51,285 nucleotides of DNA from Bacteroidales bacterium. GTDB lineage: Bacteria > Bacteroidota > Bacteroidia > Bacteroidales > ML635J-15. Under the pieces are notes generated by a model. It was given only the letters and a program-made list of their open reading frames with translations, was not told the DNA's origin and ran no database searches. The position numbers were made by a program, and so were the translations under genes. This document shows, in pieces, positions 27,276 to 34,439 of the stretch; within the stretch, counting starts at the first letter, position 1, and every line of letters begins with the position of its first letter. The DNA lies in NCBI GenBank assembly GCA_017645925.1, contig JAGCNN010000073.1, positions 1 to 51,285 of the forward strand. The letters are read 5' to 3'.

Positions 27276-28730
27276 ATGGAAGAAACAATATCAACTATAA
27301 GTTCATACGTCTGGAGCGCTCCCCTTGTTATATTATGTCTTGCTGCAGGACTTTACTTTTCGTTCGGCACAAGGTTCGTACAAGTTAGACGCTTCGGCGA
27401 AATGGTAAAACTGCTTTTCTCCAACGACAAGACACAAAAGACTGGAATTTCATCGTTTCAAGCATTCGCAATGGCTCTGTCAGGACGAGTAGGCTCAGGA
27501 AACATTATCGGTGTGGCAACGGCGATAGGCTACGGAGGACCGGGTGCAATAGTATGGATGTGGATAATAGCATTTCTTGGCGCTGGTTCCGCTTTTGCCG
27601 AAGCAACATTAGCGCAGGTTTACAAGGAAGAACACAATGGGCAGTTTCGTGGCGGTCCCTCATACTACATTGAAAAAGGCTTAAAATGCAAGTGGTTGGC
27701 AATTATTTTTGCCGCATGCTCGGTTCTCGCTTGTGGATTTTTTCTTCCGCCAATCCATTCAAACGGCATAGCAACGGCATTTTCAAATGCTTTCGGTATC
27801 AATACCATGTATGTCGGAATTATTGTCGCAATACTCATCGGACTTGTTATCATCGGCGGCGTAAAACGAATCGCACATGTTGCAGAAATAATCGCCCCGC
27901 TAATGGCCATAATTTACATTTTACTTTCTATTGTTGTGCTTATTTGCAACGCAGAAGCTGTTCCAGCCGCATTCAAGGATATGATTAGCAGTGCTTTCGG
28001 AATGAACGAGGCACTTGGAGGCATACTCGGAAGCACAATAGCTATGGGCGTAAAACGTGGCATTTACTCCAACGAAGCAGGACAAGGCACCGGACCAATC
28101 GTTGCAGCAGCTGCAAAGGTCTCCCATCCTGTAAAACAAGGACTTGTGCAAGCATTTTCGGTTTACATCGACACTCTGCTAGTATGCTCGGCAACGGCGG
28201 TAATGATTCTCGCTACCAAGACATACAACATATACGACGGCGACGGCGGAATGTTGTTCACTTCGACGGTAGCGAAACTCGGCGAACCAGACGTATCATA
28301 CACATCAACGGCACTGGGAACACTTGTCGGCGCATCATGGGGAAACATAATAATTTCGGTAGCACTGTTCTTCTTTGCATTCACCACGGTGATGGCATAT
28401 TACTACTACGCCGAAACCAACGTCGTTTATCTTTTTGGCAACGGACGAAAGGAAAAGATTGCAATATGGTGCGTACGAATTTCCGTCATAGGAATGGTGT
28501 TCTTCGGTTCGCTGCACGAAGCCAAAACCGTGTGGGATCTCGGCGACATAGGTGTCGGCTCAATGGCTTGGATAAATGTAATTGCAATATTGCTGCTATC
28601 GCCAAAGATATTCAAATTGCTGAAATCGTACGAAAAGCAGAAAAAACAAGGCAAGGAACCAGATTTCAATCCCAAGGAAATGAATATCAAGAACGCGGAC
28701 TTCTGGGAAAAGAAATCAGAGAAAAAGTAG
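27276..28730 (+). CDS. Alanine/glycine:cation symporter (AGCS family)
   Basis: 484 aa, polytopic. FQAFAMALSGRVGSGNIIGVATAI and GIYSNEAGQGTGP are typical AGCS motifs. It starts 3 nt after the upstream stop. Confidence 0.9.
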   Translation: MEETISTISSYVWSAPLVILCLAAGLYFSFGTRFVQVRRFGEMVKLLFSNDKTQKTGISSFQAFAMALSGRVGSGNIIGVATAIGYGGPGAIVWMWIIAFLGAGSAFAEATLAQVYKEEHNGQFRGGPSYYIEKGLKCKWLAIIFAACSVLACGFFLPPIHSNGIATAFSNAFGINTMYVGIIVAILIGLVIIGGVKRIAHVAEIIAPLMAIIYILLSIVVLICNAEAVPAAFKDMISSAFGMNEALGGILGSTIAMGVKRGIYSNEAGQGTGPIVAAAAKVSHPVKQGLVQAFSVYIDTLLVCSATAVMILATKTYNIYDGDGGMLFTSTVAKLGEPDVSYTSTALGTLVGASWGNIIISVALFFFAFTTVMAYYYYAETNVVYLFGNGRKEKIAIWCVRISVIGMVFFGSLHEAKTVWDLGDIGVGSMAWINVIAILLLSPKIFKLLKSYEKQKKQGKEPDFNPKEMNIKNADFWEKKSEKK

Positions 28731-28750
28731 CGGTATCCACCAAAACAAAA

Positions 28751-28785
28751 AAGGCTTCGGAAATCCGAAGCCTTTTTATTTTTCT
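28751..28785. terminator. Bidirectional Rho-independent terminator between convergent genes
   Basis: 10-bp stem aaggcttcgg/ccgaagcctt with loop aaat. It is flanked by an A-run upstream and a T-run downstream. Confidence 0.85.
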
Positions 28786-28798
28786 GTAAGACAGCAAA

Positions 28799-29020
28799 TT
28801 ACTTGCATTCAATACCAGTCTTGTTTCCACTATTGTCAGTTACGTATGTATTCATATCCGAACACTTCTTGATGTTGGTGTTGTCCTTATCCAATTCAAC
28901 ATCTTCTGCTGTAGCAACAACGTTACCTGCCACGAAAGTCTTGCATGTACAGGTCTTATTGCATGATGACATTGCGAACAACAAACCAGCTGCTGCCAAA
29001 ATAACTAATAACTTCTTCAT
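28799..29020 (-). CDS. Cys-framework mini-lipoprotein, paralog P1 (73 aa)
   Basis: MKKLLVILAAAGLLFAMSSC lipobox. The mature part has 4 Cys: C-T-C, C-S-D-M-N and a C-terminal E-C-K. Confidence 0.75.
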   Translation of the reverse strand: MKKLLVILAAAGLLFAMSSCNKTCTCKTFVAGNVVATAEDVELDKDNTNIKKCSDMNTYVTDNSGNKTGIECK

Positions 29021-29091
29021 TTCTAATACTTTTTTAAATTTATACTTTTAATATTTTGAAGTGCAAAAGAACAAAAAGCGATGCAAACATC

Positions 29092-29109
29092 ATCTTAATT
29101 TTTTGTTAA
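29092..29109 (-). promoter_or_regulatory. Conserved 18-mer upstream of P1
   Basis: atcttaattttttgttaa is identical to 29533-29550. It lies 72 nt upstream of the P1 ATG, versus 69 nt for P2. Confidence 0.4.
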
Positions 29110-29153
29110 TAAAAATGTCCGCTGTTCCTAAATATGCCCCCATCAGACATGTA

Positions 29154-29181
29154 CAAAAAAAAGCCGCCCAATTGGACGGCT
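29154..29181 (-). terminator. Rho-independent terminator of P2
   Basis: On the minus strand agccgtcc-aatt-gggcggct forms an 8-bp stem (one G-U) followed by 8 U. It lies 26 nt past the P2 stop. Confidence 0.75.
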
Positions 29182-29206
29182 AAGTTTTTTAGGTTTCAGT
29201 AAAGAA

Positions 29207-29464
29207 TTATTCTTCTACGCATTCAAATGTATAGCCTGCAACTTCACCTGCCTTAACAACTCTCTCATAGTAATCATTGCAGTTCTTGTAACCAGCTTCC
29301 TTAAGATCTTTACCTTCTACTGTGAAGTTTGCTGAAGTACCAACGATAGCTTCAACTTCTGGATCTGTGAACTTAGCTGTGCATGTGCAATCCTTTGGTG
29401 TGCATGATGAGAATGCGAAAGCTGCTGCAATAGCAACTACTGATAAAACCAATAACTTTTTCAT
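29207..29464 (-). CDS. Cys-framework mini-lipoprotein, paralog P2 (85 aa)
   Basis: MKKLLVLSVVAIAAAFAFSSC lipobox. The mature part has 4 Cys: D-C-T-C, C-N-D-Y and a C-terminal E-C-VEE. Confidence 0.75.
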   Translation of the reverse strand: MKKLLVLSVVAIAAAFAFSSCTPKDCTCTAKFTDPEVEAIVGTSANFTVEGKDLKEAGYKNCNDYYERVVKAGEVAGYTFECVEE

Positions 29465-29532
29465 TTCTAATAACTTTTAAATTAAACTTAATATTATCTG
29501 GTTGCGAAATAACAAAATAAATCTTAAAACAA

Positions 29533-29550
29533 ATCTTAATTTTTTGTTAA
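29533..29550 (-). promoter_or_regulatory. Conserved 18-mer upstream of P2
   Basis: Identical to 29092-29109. The 11 nt around each start codon (catttctaata on the plus strand) are also identical. Confidence 0.4.
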
Positions 29551-29609
29551 AAAGCATACAAATACTAACAACCTATTGTTATTTGCGTATGATATTTTAC
29601 ATTTATTGC

Positions 29610-29825
29610 CTAATTACAAACAACTTCGCGCGTCACACCGTTTTCTGTTTCAAGAATAATATTCATATCGGAGCATGTCCTATATTCGTCGGTCATGCGC
29701 TCAACAGCCTCTCCAGTCAACACTCCATCCTTATAGGTTTTGCAAGTACATGTTTTCTCACATGACATTAGAAGCAACAATGGCAGGCTTATAGCAAACA
29801 ACAATATCCAGAAACTCTTTTTCAT
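29610..29825 (-). CDS. Cys-framework mini-lipoprotein, paralog P3 (71 aa)
   Basis: MKKSFWILLFAISLPLLLLMSC lipobox. It has KTCTCKT and CSDMN identical to P1. Its ATG is 1 nt after the M43 stop (TAA-T-ATG). Confidence 0.75.
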   Translation of the reverse strand: MKKSFWILLFAISLPLLLLMSCEKTCTCKTYKDGVLTGEAVERMTDEYRTCSDMNIILETENGVTREVVCN

Positions 29826-29826
29826 A

Positions 29827-31935
29827 TTATTCCTTAACGACTTTTATAGTCCTACAACCATTGCCACCATAAACTTTCAGGAAATACACGCCATTAACTT
29901 CATCTGCAACAGCATTGCCAAGGTCAACATGCTCCTCATTGAATTTTCCATCAAAAACCAGCCTGCCCATTACATCGTATATTTCAACAACATATTCTCC
30001 TTCAACATTCTCAACGTCAAGCATCAGATTGTCACGGAAAGGATTTGGATAGACCGACATGCCTACTGTCTCGGCAGACACAAGCGAAGGCAATGTCTGA
30101 GAATAGGTAACGTCATCAATATAAACCGTATTGCCGAACCTGTTTTCGCTCTGGATTATTAGGCGGAAATTTCTTCCTCTCAGTTTTGATGCAGGAATCA
30201 CAAAACTATGCTCTTCCCATTCACTATGTGCCGGAATAAAATTCTTTGGGTCATCCTCAATGGAAGTTATAAGAGCACTTCCCGAAAACGTATGTCCAAT
30301 GCGCATAGTATCGCCACACGATGTGGAATAATAAAAATTCAAAGCATCGGTATATGAATCTTCACTTCTGCCGGCTGCTGCATATTTAAATGAAACTTCC
30401 AATGGAACTGAATCATTATCAATCACTATATTGGGCATATAAAACTTATTCTTCTTAGTTCCCACCCTTGAATTTCTGATTCTAATCGACTTGCCTGTAA
30501 ATCCTGTATTCACCTGCGTCCAGCTTTCCGACCTAGGAATCCACCATTCGTCACCACTTGGAGCATTGGGATTGTAATTTTCAACATAAAAGTCGTTTGC
30601 ACTGTTTCCAGAAATCAACGGGAATGTAGAAGTTTCAAAATTCTCAGTATAAGGAAGCGCATAACCATCTTCCTTGTCATATACGCGCAAAGTATTTTCC
30701 TTTGTCAAAGTATTGCCATCCACACTGTTTTCCACATACAGTTCCACATTGAACCTTCCACCTTCATCGTAGGTGACAGTTGGATTTTCCTCCATAGAAG
30801 TAGCAGGCTCTCCCCCATCAAAACTCCACAACCTATAATCTACTGATGTCGTATTATAAGTATGGTCGTTATAAGTAATCGTTGCGCCATTGCATATCAT
30901 CTGTTTGCTTTGGCTGAAATCAGCAATTGGACTGCACTCAACCTCAATGTAATCATCGTCGGTGCCGGTTGCAATCCTATTTTCTGCTGTACACAAATTA
31001 TTTCTGTTCGATACATCAGAATTAAGCGTAGCCCTCATTACCGCCGCCTGACCATTGGTAAACATTCGGTAGCAATAACTATAGTCCATGAAATTCTGCA
31101 CATTGTCAAGACTTCCGCATGTAACATCATTCAATACGCACGAAGTATGACCGATAGTGTTAGGCGTATCATCAATTCCATCGTCAATATCGCAGTTGTC
31201 GGCCATGCCCGGCTCGTTTGTACTTCCCCACGGATGCGGCAAGTTAAGATAATGCCCTGCTTCATGTGTCAACGCCATGCTTATATAATCGTAAAGCAAT
31301 ATTATGCCATCGCCGCCTTCGGGAGCTGTTCCCGGATAGTACGAATAACCGGCAACACCGCTTTCGCTCATCGCCTTTACCGTCCAAATATTCAAGTACT
31401 TGGAATTATCCCAGCTACCAGCAATCTCCTTGGTTCTCTCGTCGCCACTATTAGTTGCCGAAGAATAAGTACGTGTAACACCCATTGTGCAGTTTCCGTC
31501 CGGATCTTTATGCGCAAGACGGAACTCAATCTTCGTATCGGCAGCTATCGGCTTGAACTCCTCCTTTATAGAAGCTGTATCAGAACGCATCTTACGGTAA
31601 TCCTTGTTCATCTGCTCTATTGCAGCCTCAATTGCCGCGTATGAAATGTTCTCGTTTCCATACTGGTGCACAACATGGAAAACTACAGGGATAACATAAA
31701 CTTCATCGTCATCGCTCTTGGGATTCTGCCTAATGTACTCACGAACGAAATCGTTAAGCTTAGCCCTGTTCAATGCCACTTGCGGATTATGCAAGACAAT
31801 TTGATTATATACGGAATCAGTTCCACAATGCAACCAACCGTCCTCATGCTCCTGCGCCATCGAAAACAATGGCAAAAGAAACATTATACCTATTAATAAT
31901 ATATTTACAATCTTCATAAGAAAAAATTTTTGCAA
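29827..31935 (-). CDS. M43 (pappalysin/cytophagalysin-type) zinc metalloprotease with type-A T9SS C-terminal domain
   Basis: 702 aa with a signal peptide. IPVVFHVV lies at the start of the catalytic domain and the zinc site is THEAGHYLNLPHPW. The CTD is VYPNPFRDNLMLDV...GVYFLKVYGGNGCRTIKVVKE. Confidence 0.9.
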   Translation of the reverse strand: MQKFFLMKIVNILLIGIMFLLPLFSMAQEHEDGWLHCGTDSVYNQIVLHNPQVALNRAKLNDFVREYIRQNPKSDDDEVYVIPVVFHVVHQYGNENISYAAIEAAIEQMNKDYRKMRSDTASIKEEFKPIAADTKIEFRLAHKDPDGNCTMGVTRTYSSATNSGDERTKEIAGSWDNSKYLNIWTVKAMSESGVAGYSYYPGTAPEGGDGIILLYDYISMALTHEAGHYLNLPHPWGSTNEPGMADNCDIDDGIDDTPNTIGHTSCVLNDVTCGSLDNVQNFMDYSYCYRMFTNGQAAVMRATLNSDVSNRNNLCTAENRIATGTDDDYIEVECSPIADFSQSKQMICNGATITYNDHTYNTTSVDYRLWSFDGGEPATSMEENPTVTYDEGGRFNVELYVENSVDGNTLTKENTLRVYDKEDGYALPYTENFETSTFPLISGNSANDFYVENYNPNAPSGDEWWIPRSESWTQVNTGFTGKSIRIRNSRVGTKKNKFYMPNIVIDNDSVPLEVSFKYAAAGRSEDSYTDALNFYYSTSCGDTMRIGHTFSGSALITSIEDDPKNFIPAHSEWEEHSFVIPASKLRGRNFRLIIQSENRFGNTVYIDDVTYSQTLPSLVSAETVGMSVYPNPFRDNLMLDVENVEGEYVVEIYDVMGRLVFDGKFNEEHVDLGNAVADEVNGVYFLKVYGGNGCRTIKVVKE

Positions 31936-31994
31936 AGGAACAAAAAATATTTAAAATGCTGATTTAATAATTCAAACATTTGATTGATTAAAAT

Positions 31995-32018
31995 CGGCGC
32001 AAAGCATTGCGCCGCTAC
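31995..32018. repeat. Partial second copy of the 4806-4835 palindrome
   Basis: cggcgcaaagcattgcgccgctac versus cggcgcaatgcattgcgccgctac, one mismatch. The left gtag arm is missing. Confidence 0.8.
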
Positions 32019-32024
32019 TACTAC

Positions 32025-32044
32025 AGACGTTGCGCGCAACGTCT
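32025..32044. repeat. 20-nt perfect palindrome agacgttgcgcgcaacgtct
   Basis: It is its own reverse complement, with the same (g)ta(c/g)-flanked GC-rich style as 4806-4835. Confidence 0.85.
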
Positions 32045-32100
32045 CTACAATCATCAAATTCACAAACCTAGAAACCTTGAAACGCCGTCAACCTCTGTAA

Positions 32101-32120
32101 AGACGTGCCATGGCGCGTCT
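32101..32120. repeat. Near-palindrome agacgtgccatggcgcgtct
   Basis: 9-bp arms around a central at, with one mismatch. The outer agacg/cgtct arms match those of 32025-32044. Confidence 0.75.
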
Positions 32121-32224
32121 CAACAGAAACGGCGAAGCCATTGAAACGTGAAACATCACAAACGGCGACAGCCACAGAAACGCCGCAGCCATTGAAACGG
32201 CGCCAGCCATAGAAACCCAGAAAC
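32119..32224 (+). repeat. Degenerate ~17-nt tandem repeat (about 6 units, core gccaNNgaaacg)
   Basis: gccattgaaac at 32137 and 32188, gccacagaaac at 32171, gccatagaaac at 32206. Unit spacing is 17/17/17/18 nt, and 7 of the region's 9 GAAAC motifs lie in this span. Confidence 0.75.
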
Positions 32225-32230
32225 TTTTAT

Positions 32231-32238
32231 TATCTTTG
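32231..32238 (+). promoter_or_regulatory. -7 box TATCTTTG(C) for uvrB
   Basis: Exact match, 22 nt upstream of ATG 32260. The ORF-track TTG start at 32236 falls inside the box. Confidence 0.5.
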
Positions 32239-32259
32239 CGCACCCAATTTAATAAGAAA

Positions 32260-34287
32260 ATGGACTTCGACTTAATATCAGAATACAGACCTACAGGAGA
32301 CCAGCCGCAAGCAATACGCGAACTTACAAATGGGCTCCTAAATGGACAAAAACACCAGACACTGCTCGGCGTTACCGGCAGCGGAAAAACATTTACCATC
32401 GCAAACGTCATAAAGAATGTCGGTTGTCCGGTGCTCGTACTTAGCCACAACAAGACCTTGGCAGCACAGCTGTACTCCGAGTTCAAGTCGTTTTTTCCAC
32501 GAAATGCAGTCGAGTACTTTGTCTCATACTACGACTACTACCAGCCCGAAGCCTACCTGCCAACAACCGACACCTATATAGAAAAAGACCTCTCAATAAA
32601 CGACGAAATTGAAAAGCTGCGGTTGAGTGCAACAAGCGCCCTGCTGTCGGGACGAAGCGATGTAATTGTAGTCTGCTCGGTATCATGCATATACGGTATC
32701 GGAAATCCAGAAGACTTCCATGCAAATACAATAAAAATTTCGCGCGGTGACAACATTGGTCGCGACAACCTGCTGCGAAAACTCGTTGACGGACTATATT
32801 TCCGCAGTGACATTGAGTTCAAGCGTGGTGCATTCAGGGTTAAGGGTGATACCGTTGACATTTTCCTTGCCCACCACGACATCGGACTTAGGGTAATTTT
32901 CTGGGACGACGAAATTGAGGTCATATACTCGTTTGAACCATACTCAGGCGAAAAGATTGAAGAACTGGAAACTGCAAACATTTATCCTGCAAACATATTC
33001 GTTACCACAAAGGACAAAACAATATCGGCAGTGAAACAAATCCAAGACGACCTTGTACTTCAGGCAGAATATTTCCGCAAGGAAGGCAAAAACCTAGAAG
33101 CCAAACGACTGGAGGAGCGCGTTACCTACGACCTAGAAATGATAAAGGAACTCGGCTATTGCAGTGGCATTGAGAACTATTCGCGTTACTTCGACGGACG
33201 CAAGCCTGGCGGACGGCCATTCTGCCTTATTGACTACTTCCCCAAAAACTTCATAACAGTAATTGACGAAAGCCATGTTACAATTCCGCAGATTGGAGGC
33301 ATGATTGGCGGCGACAGGTCAAGAAAGGAAAACCTTGTAAACTATGGTTTTAGGCTTCCTGCTGCAATCGACAACCGCCCGCTTACACTTCCCGAATTTG
33401 AATCAATGGTTGACCGTGTAATCTATGTAAGTGCGACACCAGCCGACTACGAACTGAAAAAAAGCGAGGGAATTATAGTTGAGCAAATTATCAGACCGAC
33501 AGGACTTCTTGACCCTATAATCGAAGTCAGACCAACTGAAAACCAGATAGATGACCTGATGGAAGAAATAAAAGTCCGTGCCGAACGCGACGAGAGGATT
33601 CTGGTAACAACCCTTACCAAACGCATGGCAGAAGAACTTACCAAGTATTTCCACAAATACGGAATTCGGTGCGAATACATACACTCGGACGTGGAGACAT
33701 TAGAACGCGTGCGCATACTTGCCGACCTTCGCAACGGACTTTTCGATGTGCTCATTGGTGTAAACCTTCTCCGTGAAGGCCTCGACCTGCCGGAAGTATC
33801 GCTTGTCGCAATAATTGATGCCGACAAGGAAGGTTTTCTCCGTTCGGAACGCTCTTTAACACAGACAGCTGGACGTGCAGCGCGTAACATAAACGGCAAG
33901 GTTATCATGTATGCCGACAAGATTACCGGTTCAATGCAGCGCACAATAGACCAGACCAACTATCGCCGCGAAAAGCAAATGAAGTACAATGCGGAACACA
34001 ACATAACGCCAAAGCAAATCGTAAAGTCCAGCAATACAAATGCTTTGAATCTCAATACCACAGGATATGACCTCAATATGGAATCCGAGCTAAATATTGC
34101 AGCCGACCCTGTTGTTCCATACATGAACGATGCCGCATTGGAAAAAGCAATCAAAAATTCCGAACGCCTGATGGAAGCCGCATCAGCACGGTTGGACTTC
34201 CTAGAAGCAGCCAAATACAGGGACGAGATGTTTGCTTACAAGAAAGAGCTTGAAAGAAGACGAGCAAGCAAAACATCAAACAATTAG
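32260..34287 (+). CDS. uvrB: Excinuclease ABC subunit B
   Basis: MDFDLISEYRPTGDQPQAI, Walker A GVTGSGKTFT, helicase motifs and a C-terminal UVR domain (FLEAAKYRDEM). Confidence 0.95.
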   Translation: MDFDLISEYRPTGDQPQAIRELTNGLLNGQKHQTLLGVTGSGKTFTIANVIKNVGCPVLVLSHNKTLAAQLYSEFKSFFPRNAVEYFVSYYDYYQPEAYLPTTDTYIEKDLSINDEIEKLRLSATSALLSGRSDVIVVCSVSCIYGIGNPEDFHANTIKISRGDNIGRDNLLRKLVDGLYFRSDIEFKRGAFRVKGDTVDIFLAHHDIGLRVIFWDDEIEVIYSFEPYSGEKIEELETANIYPANIFVTTKDKTISAVKQIQDDLVLQAEYFRKEGKNLEAKRLEERVTYDLEMIKELGYCSGIENYSRYFDGRKPGGRPFCLIDYFPKNFITVIDESHVTIPQIGGMIGGDRSRKENLVNYGFRLPAAIDNRPLTLPEFESMVDRVIYVSATPADYELKKSEGIIVEQIIRPTGLLDPIIEVRPTENQIDDLMEEIKVRAERDERILVTTLTKRMAEELTKYFHKYGIRCEYIHSDVETLERVRILADLRNGLFDVLIGVNLLREGLDLPEVSLVAIIDADKEGFLRSERSLTQTAGRAARNINGKVIMYADKITGSMQRTIDQTNYRREKQMKYNAEHNITPKQIVKSSNTNALNLNTTGYDLNMESELNIAADPVVPYMNDAALEKAIKNSERLMEAASARLDFLEAAKYRDEMFAYKKELERRRASKTSNN

Positions 34288-34398
34288 TAATAAGGATATT
34301 ACAATAAAATTTGCATAAACAAACAAGCCTTGTTAATAAAATCAGCGATAAAAAGCGAAAAAAAAAGAAATCAAAAATTGTAGTTAAAAAAAATTTAA

Positions 34399-34406
34399 TA
34401 CCTTTG
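34399..34406 (+). promoter_or_regulatory. -7 box TACCTTTG(C) for the C10 peptidase gene
   Basis: Exact match, 34 nt upstream of ATG 34440. Confidence 0.5.
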
Positions 34407-34439
34407 CATCTATTATTTAAGACACAAAATAGTTTTTGT

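Noticed and set aside
30862-31644. 260-aa plus-strand ORF antisense to the M43 peptidase gene
   Set aside because: It is a shadow ORF. Its composition is Ile/Arg/Cys-rich and low-complexity, while the minus-strand frame carries the zinc site and T9SS CTD.
32061-32224. Possible CRISPR array
   Set aside because: The units are only about 17 nt, degenerate and contiguous with no spacers, and there are no cas genes in the window.
32088-32486. 132-aa minus-strand ORF spanning the GAAAC array and the 5' end of uvrB
   Set aside because: It is kept open only by the repeat periodicity (...VSMAAAFLWLSPFVMFHVSMASPF...), and it overlaps the uvrB promoter and start.
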